Source: Octopus sinensis (lineage: Eukaryota). Taken from it: DNA of 64,000 bases. Position 1 is the stretch's first letter, and every line of letters begins with the position of its first letter. The notes under the pieces are model-generated. The model was not told the DNA's origin. It searched no databases and saw only the letters and a program-made list of their open reading frames with translations. Positions 53,508 through 64,000 of this stretch are shown here, piece after piece. Position numbers and translations under genes: made by a program. The stretch covers positions 105,524,001-105,588,000 of the forward strand of contig NC_042999.1 in assembly GCF_006345805.1 (NCBI RefSeq). Reading direction: 5' to 3'.

Positions 53508-54013
53508 ATTTCTTAATTTGGATTTGGAAACACTAACAAGAAGGAACTTTACCTATCAGCGAAGTTATCGCTTCAGATGAACCACTCCGACTAACAGTGT
53601 CAACAAATTCAAAATGCGCAGGCGTAAATTTCTTCAATCCGCTTCCACCCACGTGGTCTATCTAGCAAACATTATATTTTAACCGCGAGAACCGAGGCAG
53701 TATGACCGAGAGAAATGAATTATAATATCAACAATTGAGGGTAAAATTAATTAATTAATCAATTTCACCAAGTGTTCAGTATGTAAAAGGACCATTTAAG
53801 GCGAATTCAAAATTTTACATTATATAATTAGGGCTTAGTAAAATAAATTACTTTGCCACATACTGAACTTAGTAGAAATTGCAGCAAAAAAAAAAAAAAA
53901 ATTTCTTAGCATTTCTACAACTTAAAGAAAATTTCTCTCAGATAATGTTTACTCTAGACAGCCCACGAAGGTTTGGAGGTAAATACAGAAAAATATCACA
54001 AGTACATAGATCG

Positions 54014-54076
54014 TTTGAGTACGTCAACGTTTCAAGATTAGCCAAATAAAATCAGCATTTGTATCGTCAGCTCAAA
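54014..54076 (-). ncRNA. Type I hammerhead motif, array unit 4
   Basis: Identical to the unit 1 motif. Confidence 0.68.
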
Positions 54077-55381
54077 ATTTCTTAATTTGGATTTGGAAAC
54101 ACTAAAAAGAAGGAACTTTACCTATCAGCGAAGTTATCGCTACAGATGAACCACTCCGACTAACAGTGTCAACAAATTCAAAATGCGCAGGCGTAAATTT
54201 CTTCAATCCGCTTCCACCCACGTGGTCTATCTAGCAAACATTATATTTTAACCGCGAGAACCGAGGCAGTATGACCGAGAGAAATGAATTATAATATCAA
54301 CAATTGAGGGTAAAATTAATTAATTAATCAATTTCACCAAGTGTTCAGTATGTAAAAGGACCATTTAAGGCGAATTCAAAATTTTACATTATATAATTAG
54401 GACTTAGTAAAATAAATTACTTTGCCACATACTGAACTTAGTAGAAATAGCAGCCAAAAAAAAAAAAAAAAAGTTAATCCGACAAAGAGAAAACACATCA
54501 ACGCGTGGACGTGTAGCAAGTATATATTGCAATGGTGGGGATATGAAAACCACATTCCCTGGTGTAGATAAAATGCTTGCTTGCTAATTTCACTTGAACT
54601 GAAAATTTCAATAAATCATAAACATAAATCAAACAAAGACACCACATAACGAATAGGTGATAAAAAGTCAGACGCCGACCGAGACAACGAATAAGAGAAA
54701 TATACAATGGAATATGTAGGAGAAAGAAGTTCAACCGCGTACAAATATAGTTTGAAAGTAGATAAAATGAATAAACTATAATGAAATTAAATATAAACGA
54801 ATAAATGAACGACAGTAAATGTGAGGAAAAAATGTAAGATTTATTACATTTATTTTCCCTTACATTAAATATTGAGAACAACCATAAAAACATTTATCTA
54901 TATATATTCAATGCCTGAAACAGATTTTTATAAATATTTGTAACTACAAATGCATTATAGAAAACATTGTTTTAAACGAATATTCATGTGTACGAAACTG
55001 CAAAGCAAGCTTGAAAATTTGATATATATCCTGCATCGTATATTTCTCTCTTGAAATGCATACGCACACGTTGTTTTTTGCATATTGCCATAAAACATGC
55101 AGAACGATCTGGCTTGCATGTCAGGTCATTCTACGTAATTTAGTAGTAATTTACAAAAACCCACATAATTCGTTACATGACCGGTAACTAAAGAGTCATC
55201 CCCATTTGACTTGCTTGTTGAAGACATGTTTATGTACCCGGAATGATGAAGACAATAGCTGTCAAAAGGACAGACGAATCACGTATATGTAACATGGAGT
55301 CCAAATATGTATACGCATATTGAAGGAAGAGTATATTAATGCACATTTCCTTTACAAAATTTAATACAATCTACATTAGTG

Positions 55382-55797
55382 ACTCTTTTACTCTTTTAAT
55401 TGTTTCAGTCATTTGACTGCGGCCATGCTGGAGCACCGCCTTTAGTCGAGCAAGTCGACCCCAGGACTTATTCTTTGTAAGCCTAGTACTTATTCTATCG
55501 CTCTCTTTAGCCGAACCACTAAGTTACGGGGACGTGGATACGCCAGTATCGGTGGTCAAGCGATTTGGGGGGGACAAACACAGACACATAAACATATACA
55601 CACACATACATATATATATATATACATATATACGACGGGCTTCCTTCAGTTTCCGTCTACCAAATCCAATCACAAGGCTTTGGTCGGCCCGAGACAATAG
55701 TAGAAGACACTTGCCCAAGGTGCCACGCAGTGGCATTGAACCCGGAACCATGTGGTTGGTAAGCAATCTACTTACTACACAGTCACTCCTGCGCCTA
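55382..55797 (-). mobile_element. Full-length tRNA-derived SINE, family B
   Basis: Minus head AGGCGCAGGAGTGACTGTGTAGTAAG...CCGGGTTCAATGCC (A and B boxes), internal (TA)/(TG) tract, tail ...cagtcaaatgactgaaaca followed by aaaagagt repeats. Confidence 0.92.
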
Positions 55798-57120
55798 TGA
55801 GAGAACTTTTTCAATGTCTCTTTTCAAAATGATGACCACTCATGTCTAGATACTGCTTACAAGAAGAGGCAATGAAATTGCAAACTTCAGTGTTTCGCTG
55901 ATTTTTTTTCCTTCTCGTTCTTACCGGCATTATTTTGTTAGTATTTCAATAAAAAAACATCTATTAATGTAAGGTACAGTGAATGCGCAAGCTATTTTAC
56001 GGAACCTCCTTTATCTGTTTGTCAAAATCTTATCAACGTAGGCCCTTAACTTAGTACGGCTGAGTTGCAGTACCCTAACTTCCTAGAAATAAAATTAATT
56101 TCTTTTTATTACTTACCAGGACAGATTGTTTCAGCAACTTCTAATAAAGGAGACCATTCACATTATTTTCAAATTAGGACTGTCCATTTAATCTTTTTGA
56201 TGATGAGCCGCACTATAGTGATTTTTCTGGTAATGATGTATCTCTGTAATATGCAGTTTATCAGATTTTCAATTGTGATGCTTATAGAAGCTATTTCTAT
56301 TGAAATGAAGCCGCATTATTCCAAGCAACCTTTGTCAGTACGCATGTACCATTTATTTCTCAACCATCGCAGCGCGCAGCACTTCTCCCGACCGCAGGTT
56401 CATGAGATGGTTGTGATCCGTAAATAGTTTTGAGAAGGAACTAGAAGGAGGGGAATGAACATGCCACCTGCATGTGCACATTAAATTCGTAAAACGGAAG
56501 AGAATAGAAACGCAAAGTCAAGCTAATTACATGATGGTCTATATGCCACATCTGACTCTACTACGACGAAACTTTGTTGCAGTACACACGCAAAACCCGT
56601 CCCATCGTTCGAGATTATTTACATTGCGTGTATGGGTTATTTGTGGAAAGTAACGTATAAATACCGCACTTCAAAATGCGGTTGACTCTTAATTTTGTAA
56701 TTCCAATTTCAGCTATACCTTGCTGCTCAGATCTTTGTACATTAGTTATACGTTTATAGTAACCATTCTTGCCTTGTGGAACTCATAGCGGACCGATGTA
56801 TACTGGAATGTTTCTCGTGAACATTCTATACAGTATATCACCTGTCTGAATCACCTCCAAAACTCTCATTTGACTTCGAATGCATTTTCGCATTACCAAT
56901 TGCATTTTAGAATAAATTTTCTTTCTTCGAAACTTTGTTCTGCTTCTTTCGTTGTTTGTATTATTTATAATGGATGAAATAGGAAAAGAACTGAAAATTC
57001 AGCGAAATCCCAGAATTTTAGGCGTGCGTAAATTATTTCCGCCTCTGTTTATGTCTGCCTGTCTGTCTTTGTCTATCTGGCTTTTCGTCTACATCTGTCT
57101 GTCTGTCTCTGTATATAATA

Positions 57121-57345
57121 ATAAAGGGTAAAATTAATCAATCAATTAATAATTAATAATTTTACCAAGTAGTTCGTTATATTAAAAGAACCATTATCGG
57201 TAACCTTTTGCAAAAATGTTATAGAAAAATACAAAAATGCTAGTGGAATAGTATTTAACTGCTATTCCTAAATTTCAGTATGTGGTGAAGCAATTTTTGC
57301 TGAACCCTAATTATATTTATGTTTATAATTATAGAATTTTTTCTC
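57121..57345. mobile_element. Diverged relative of the 52-54 kb array unit, in two oppositely oriented pieces
   Basis: 57125-57195 matches agggtaaaattaat...accaagt.gttc..tat.t.aaag.accatt of the unit directly. 57259-57316 matches the reverse complement of tataattaggg...ccacatactgaa...aatagcag. Confidence 0.7.
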
Positions 57346-57410
57346 TGTACACACACACACACACACACACCACACACACACACGCACACACACACACATA
57401 TATATATATA

Positions 57411-57558
57411 TGGTTAGCCACTACACACATTTCCTTCTGTAGAAGAGCGTAGGCTCCAAACGTAAAAGACTTTTTCTATTCCTGAGCGTTATACTAATAA
57501 ATCTGTTTGTTTTGTACACCACCTGTCTTCGTCTTTTGTTTTTTTCGTAAACTCTCCC
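57411..57558 (+). mobile_element. Third copy of the 47.4-kb family, between (TA)n tracts
   Basis: gttagccactacacac...CTGTAGAAGAGCGTAGGCTCCAAACGTAaaagac...cctgagcgttatactaata. Confidence 0.75.
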
Positions 57559-57964
57559 TATATATATATATATGCATTATAATGAATTCAAGCAGTATCA
57601 GATTAAACTAGCCTGTCATGTAACATACTTAATGTAAATACACCGCGGTGCGCAAATATGTGCATGAGTGTATTCATACATGTTCTTTCTTTTTCATTTA
57701 TTGTCTATTTTCACTTCTTCTTCAATCGTTGACACAATTTTAAATAACAGTTGTTTTTCTAAGATGGTTCTTTTCTTTAACTCTTTTTTTAGGTATTCAG
57801 CCATTCATATATATTTTAAAATATTTTCCTCGCTGTTGTTGTGCCATATAAATAACATTATCTGTATTTACAATCCTTACATATATGAATGGTATTTTCC
57901 TCAAAGACTCCGTACATGCATTTTATACTGACGGACATATTTCCTATAATAGTTTGAAGTTCTA

Positions 57965-58072
57965 TTACTAGGGCAACAATTTTAGTAGAGGGATTAGTCG
58001 ATTACGTCAAGCCTAGTTCTTGAATGGTACTTATTTTATCGATACCAAATGGATAAAAGGCAAATTCGACCG
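57965..58072 (-). mobile_element. SINE family A, 3' fragment
   Basis: tagtcgattac...tggtacttattttatcga...ggataaaaggcaaattcgacc. Confidence 0.7.
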
Positions 58073-58780
58073 GTCTCCTCTGTAATACAAATGAGTTACA
58101 TATAACAATCATTTCCTTAGGCAAATCCACTGTTACGACACGCATTTTTACAAAATTTTATTGCTTACTTCGATGATCGCAATGAAAAGTGATACTTTTA
58201 TATATATTTAACATTTTTAATTTAGGCAGTCACTTTAAATATTTTGCCAGATAGGGCGCAGATTACGAAAAACATTTTCTCAATGTGTTACATTACTAGG
58301 CAAGATTCGTTGATATTAAATCAGACATTAAATATCATATACCTAGCTGTATGAAAACATTTATAACCTATTAGAAAATATAATGAATTACTTTATAAAT
58401 AAATAGTTCAGTGTCTGGCTATACCATTCATAAGGGGGAACTATGATATATATAGTAATTTTCGTAAAATATTTTTCTATAAGCTTTCATTTTAAACCCA
58501 ATTTTTTGAGTCTGAAATACAGAGAATATATAACACATAGATATGTTGTACACACGAAAAAATATAAATTTATTTCTTTTTGCATAAATTTTAATATTTT
58601 TCTCTTTAAACGAAATGAATGACGGTGAATCTATGTGAGTAAGTAAATCATCATTAAAATAAGTGGTTTTCATGACAGAAATGAAAATATTGATAGTGTT
58701 TTATTGATACGTTAAAAAACGTGGTGCATATATTTTTCTCTGTAATTTTCGGTAACTTTTCACGCATACACACGACACTG

Positions 58781-58819
<39 letters not shown>

Positions 58820-58832
58820 ACACATACACACA

Positions 58833-58865
<33 letters not shown>

Positions 58866-58868
58866 ATA

Positions 58869-59109
58869 CAGGCAGAAACATACTTTGTTATATTGCGGGA
58901 TGATCAATTTTTGGCAAATACCTTTATTATTGTTTGAAACCTTTCGTCACACGGCCTCTACGGAGACCGTTAGAAGAATGAAGAATAATTCAGTACTGCT
59001 GTTTCAAACTTTTCGGATCACGTAGGTTAGCGCGAGTCCGATTAATTAAATTCATTTGAAACTAACATCGACGACCAAATTTTAAAATATCCGCAAACAT
59101 TTCTGCCTG
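58869..59109. mobile_element. 241-bp MITE, Tc1/mariner-type ends
   Basis: TA|CAGGCAGAAA ... TTTCTGCCTG|TA: 10-bp TIR and TA duplication. Confidence 0.7.
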
Positions 59110-59312
59110 TATACATTCAGTGAAGATCTACATAGCGCCGAGAGGTTACCGGCTGCTATTTCCAGCATCGATATATATCGAGTATATTAGCACACATACA
59201 TACACATTGTGTATTTATAATTCTACCTTTTATGGTGCTCTATACTTGCTGCATAGTTATATATTTTAAATCATTTTTATATTTCTTGTATATGTATATA
59301 TATGTATGTATG

Positions 59313-59389
<77 letters not shown>

Positions 59390-59397
<8 letters not shown>

Positions 59398-59520
59398 ACT
59401 AGGAATGTATGCCTCTCTGTCTGTGTCTATGTGTGCATCACTAAATCTCCGGAACTACCCAAGAATTTCATTCAAATTTTACATATGCCTTACTTATGGT
59501 CCATGGAATGTCATGCCTAA
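59390..59520 (+). mobile_element. Helitron-like 5' fragment
   Basis: tatataactaggaatgtatg.ctctctgtctgtgt...aactacc.aa..atttcattcaaattttaca resembles the 5' layout of non-autonomous Helitrons. No 3' end found. Confidence 0.35.
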
Positions 59521-59709
59521 TGGGAGGCCGGAGCTATCCCGTAGACTTTTACATTATTACGTGTCACAAGTGAAAAAATAACATCTCTGTTGTAATGTGT
59601 TACTAGTTACACTTTTAATACTTTCACTATGTATAAATATATATGGTTGTGTATATGTTAATAAGCAATAATAAATATTTGAACGAGATGTAAACAGTAT
59701 CCGCTCGAC

Positions 59710-60001
59710 AATGTAAAGTATAATAGCCATCTCAATATGGCTAACCACAACGGGTGGGTGTTACGGAGGCTTTTAGCGCCCGGAGATCATCGTTTCCAGC
59801 TGGCTTTAGGTACACTATCTGTGCCCTTATGGTATTTGCAAAGGCTTATGAGAAAGGGATGACCTTCCTTTGCAAATACCATAAGGGCACAGATAGTGTG
59901 CCTAAAGCCAGCTGGAGACGATGATCTGCTGGGGCTAAAAGCTTCAGTAATACCCACCCTTTGTGGTTAGCCATATTGAGATGTCTATTATACTCTACAT
60001 T
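59710..60001. repeat. About 290-bp palindrome with about 135-bp arms and a loop of about 22 nt
   Basis: cactatctgtgcccttatggtatttgcaaagg pairs perfectly with cctttgcaaataccataagggcacagatagtg; the outer catctcaatatggctaaccacaa pairs with ttgtggttagccatattgagatg. Confidence 0.92.
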
Positions 60002-60044
60002 ATATGTTAATAGTTTCACTTTTAATAGTTCCATTTCGATTAGT

Positions 60045-60170
60045 TTCACTATGTTTGTCCCCGCCATCATCGTTTGACAACCGATGTTGGTGTACTTACA
60101 TCCCTGTACATTAGCGGTTCGGCAGAAGTGTTCGATAAAATAAGGATCAGGTTTACAAAGAATAAATCCA
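60045..60170 (-). mobile_element. SINE family B, internal fragment (same sense as the plus-strand reading of the family body)
   Basis: tgtttgtcccc...ttgacaaccgatgttggtgt..tacatcc..gt.acattagcggttcggc...aggtttacaaagaataa is the reverse complement of 55465-55580, so it is opposite in orientation to the 55382 copy. Strand assignment is uncertain. Confidence 0.55.
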
Positions 60171-61149
60171 GCAACAGTGAGTAGTCGGTGCAGTAGAAAC
60201 ACGTGTAAGTTATTATAATATGCTGCATAACATATTCAAAAAATGTTGTGAATCAACAAGAGTCCATAATCTTTATTATTAATAATTATGTGTGTGTGTA
60301 TGTGTTTGTGTACGCGTGTATATACATATATACACATATTTTAAAGACGAAAAAGAAACTGGAGATTGGGAATTTAATAAATGTTTATTATTAACTGCAT
60401 TAACAGCAAATTAATCATCTTCACTTACATCTGTTTATTTGGAATAAAAAATGCAAATTCTCCCCTTTACCTTAAAACATTCAATTTTGGAGAGAATCCC
60501 TTGATGGAGGGCGTGTGTGTCTGTATTTGTGTATGCGTGTGCCTGTGTGCGTGTGTGTGTGTGTGTGTGTAGTGCGTGTGTGTGTGTTTGGGAATATGCT
60601 CATCTTTATACCGTGTATTTTCGATGTTTTGCATTGAAAAACAAAATCATGTTTTGCATTAGAGAACGTAAGTATAGCACTTACAAACTACAAAACCTAG
60701 CAAAGCTCAGAACAACTCAAGGCCACACAAATACACCTGAATAATTATAGAGATTAGCAGTTATTCCGATATTTGAGTCTTATTTTGAATACAAAATGTA
60801 CTGTCTCCGGTTTTCTTTCAAACATTCAATTTTGGAGATTATTTTTTATCAAACATTGAATTTTTGAGAGAATTTGTTAATAAAATGTAATTTAATTCCA
60901 TTGCTTTTCGGGATTGCGGGTCGTCCTGTCCACATTTTTAAAGGAGGAAAATTTTGAATTTACCGTCTATGCATTTTGAATTTTCCGTCTCAGATTCTTA
61001 CTTAACGGAATCTTGCATAATTCTTCTTGTCGCGTACGTTGCCTGGATTCTTGCACGGTGGCAGATGGAATTATTTGTTTCGCCAATGTAATTTTCTTTG
61101 CAGTTTGGGTAGGTAATGCAGTATATGATGTTTTGCGTCTTGCAGTTCA

Positions 61150-64000
61150 TATCTGCATTTATTTGAATAAGAATCAAACTTACAGCTCAGAAACACGAAA
61201 AATACAAAACTTCTCACAGAAATATCTAATAAGTTCAATTTACTTATTTCAAGATTTGACGCCAATGCAGATAAAACTGTGAATGATACCCATACACAAG
61301 GTGGTCTAACAACAGAGACGAACAAAAAGAAAATAGCAAGAATTGATATACAACAGCAAAATCTTCTGAAGCTACATCTCTGGAAGAAACTTCTTAATCA
61401 ACGGAATCATGCATATTAGAAAAGCATTCGAGGCAAAAATATAGCCAACACCTACCATAATTGGCAAAGCAAAGAAAGCCCAATCCTGCCCAGAAATTTT
61501 ATTATTGCAGAAATAAGTGAATCACTGTAAGAGACAACAATACGTGCGACTAGAAACAGAAATCGCTCTTCTGCAATCACAGAAAATACAAGAAGAGGAA
61601 TTAAAAATAGTTGACGCAGTTACGTTTGCTAAAATCGCTGAGTGGAGTGATAATCAATTTCATGAAAAACTGCAACGACTATTGAATGAAGACACAGAGC
61701 GAGTAGAAGAAAAATTTATAAAAATGTGGCAAAAACAAAGCGAATGGTTCCCTAGCTATGAAAAAATCTATGCAGAAAAATGCATTATGAAAACGAAACG
61801 ACAACACGAGGAAATTGAAAACAAACATAGACACCAACTCCAGAGGAACCGGACTAAGGTATCGAACCTCTAATAATCCAAGAACATATGCGCAAATGAC
61901 CTCCAAGTACAGACTAGAAACCCATATTCTACAATGAATAACACTGCAAATATCCAACACGTGAAATATAGAAGACAACCATCACGCCATAATTTCAAAC
62001 ACCATAGATGGATAAATACAAAAGAAAAAAGACATGAAAGACAAATAACATATAGACAACCACCAACCCGTAATAACATGTACCCTAGATGGACCAATAC
62101 TTGGGAAAGAAGAAAGACGAATAAAATACGGACAGTATAGGTACTATGATATGAATAATAATTATCATGTTAACTCAAGAAACTCACGATTTACAACCAA
62201 ATATCCCATATATCCTGAATGGCGAAAAAAGTATGGATGCTGCGAAGAGAACAAAACTTATAACCAAGGGAATCCGCATAAAACATATGAACCATCCTCC
62301 TGCCTACATGGGAACCAGAACGCCGAAATCAGAAAATGGACACACGGTAACACAATTCCTTTTTTCGTTTAGGGTGAAAATACAAAACCTCGCACCGGAC
62401 CCGCTAAAACACAATATTTAAACAAACACAGAGAGCATATAGACCTGAAAAATCATAAATTTGTCAAACAGAAACCACAACAAGTCTGTAATGTACCTCC
62501 TATTAAAACGTTTCAAGTTTACCTCGACACCCACCTCTAATCTCATTGAACTGAAATCTGATATTGAACACTTCAACCGCCACCTCGACTTCTAGAATTC
62601 TTCAGCAGTAAGGATTTAAATGACAGATCAATAGTCAGAAATAAATCCCACTTCACCTTCTGCAAGAGGAGGGACAATTATTTTGACGCGTATATAGACA
62701 CTATTTTGAAATTGTCCCTAAATACCCACAGATGCAAACAAAACCTTCGTAAAGATGAAAAGGAAGCCTCACAAACACTGAAGAATGACAACTCAGTCGT
62801 CCGAAACGATGCCGATAAAGGAGGGCCGATCGTAATCATGAACAAGGATTATTGTAAGGATAAAATATTTGAAATGTTAACAAGCCAAACTTACTACAAG
62901 GAAGGACCAAGGCACTCAGAAAAAGCAATAATGAATAAAGTCAGGAGATTAATGAATGAATTCTAAGATTCCTTCACAGAGGAGGAGAAAGATTATATAT
63001 GCAAATTTCTAATCAAAGATAGCAATTTCTACGGATTACCGAAAGTCCACAAAAGCTCCGAAATACAAAGATCCATAAATAAGCAGAAGAACCAGTACGT
63101 AAAAATACTAAGGCCTGTTGACCTCAAACTAAGACCAATAGTTGCTGGATTTCAAGCTCCAACACAACTAAGTAATTTTTTTTTCGATATACTCCTGAAT
63201 CCTTTGCGCCTTTTAATACCCAGTCATGTACGGGATGGCAAAGATTTAATACAACACATCCCTCCCACTGTCACAGAAGGTACTATACTTACAGGTTTTG
63301 ACGTCATCAACCTCTATGCTAATATACTTCACACTTTAGGCCTAGAAGCAATCAAATATTGGGGAGAGAAACATAGAGGACGGAAAAAGAATGCTTCAGG
63401 ACTGACTTCATCACCAAGGCAACACTCCCAGTACTAGAAGAAAATACCTTTAGATTCGACAATAAAACATATCGACAAATAAAAGGGCACGGCTATGGAT
63501 TCGGGGTTTGCACCCTCATATGCAAATTTAGTTATGGGATACTTGGAAGGAAAACTTTATGAGGAAGTAGGAAAAAACTTTTGATCAGGAGTACAAGTGA
63601 TATATCACTAAAAATTGGAAACGCTTCCTTGATGGTTGTTTCATCTTCTGGGACAGATTGAATGAAGATCTAAGTATATTTAACAATATACCGAATATAC
63701 TTCACCTACCCATTAAATTCACGACAGAATCCAGTTGCAATGAATTACCATTCCTAGATATCCACATAAAAATACAGTCACAAAATACATTTTGCAAAAA
63801 TATGACACACTTGTATTTAAATTTCTTTTGCCATCCATCACACATCAACAGCAAGAGAAACATCCAATATAGCATGGAAGACGCATCTGTGTTATATTGA
63901 GTGAACCCAAAATACGTGAAATCCGAATCAATGAAATCAAAGGGGTTCCTCACAGTGCAGAAATACCCCTTAGGATTAATTAATGAGGGAATTAAAAAGT
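61150..64000 (+). mobile_element. Decayed Penelope-like retroelement RT, running off the window
   Basis: Ordered PLE RT motifs across frameshifts: ADKGGPIVIMNKDY, FYGLPKVHK, LRPIVAG..PT, IPSHVRD, GFDVINLYANI.H.LGLEAIKYW, YRQIKG(T)AM..FAPSYANLVMGYLE, WKRFLDG.F.FW and IKFTTE...ELPFLDI. Multiple stops. Confidence 0.92.

Larger units (their letters stand above)
52026..54455 (-). repeat. Tandem array of about 565-569-bp non-coding units (4 full plus about 0.3), each with an HHR motif; retrozyme-like or PLE-derived
   Basis: Landmark caacaattgagggt at 52030, 52595, 53160, 53729 and 54298. Units are nearly identical. The array starts at (TA)n and ends in an A-run. Confidence 0.95.

Noticed and set aside
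52026-54455. Tandem array as a CRISPR array, or as a 5S rRNA, tRNA or snRNA gene cluster
   Set aside because: The units are identical along their whole length (no unique spacers), there are no cas genes and the context is eukaryotic. I found no 5S, tRNA or snRNA sequence or Pol III boxes in the unit.
56380-56440. Gypsy RNase H motif (LFTDHNHL) on the minus strand
   Set aside because: A single short motif without convincing flanking motifs; not enough to call.

Overview
AT-rich (about one third GC by eye) eukaryotic non-coding DNA packed with microsatellites and transposon debris. The SINE families, Helitron-like elements and (TA)n/(TTA)n/(GATA)n density resemble an octopus (coleoid cephalopod) genome; this is inference, not proof. 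No host exon could be recognised, and most six-frame ORFs are microsatellite artefacts. Recognisable coding remnants are all mobile-element derived: an R4/Dong-type LINE tail in a (TAA)n tract, an RTE LINE with a 9-bp TSD, two mariner fossils, a Gypsy RT fossil, a decayed Penelope-like (PLE) RT at the right edge, and one intact 241-aa GIY-YIG endonuclease ORF. The main signal is a set of hammerhead-ribozyme (HHR)-bearing, PLE-type elements that land in (TA)n tracts: (1) a young 3.45-kb element with 1.06-kb near-identical inverted arms, each with an outward-facing HHR, enclosing the GIY-YIG ORF and no RT; (2) a young head-to-tail array of about 565-569-bp non-coding units, each with a type I HHR motif (retrozyme-like, with ABAB sequence variants); (3) several small tail-out inverted fragments and a family with a non-canonical HHR core. 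Several long palindromes and MITEs add to a high fold-back potential.
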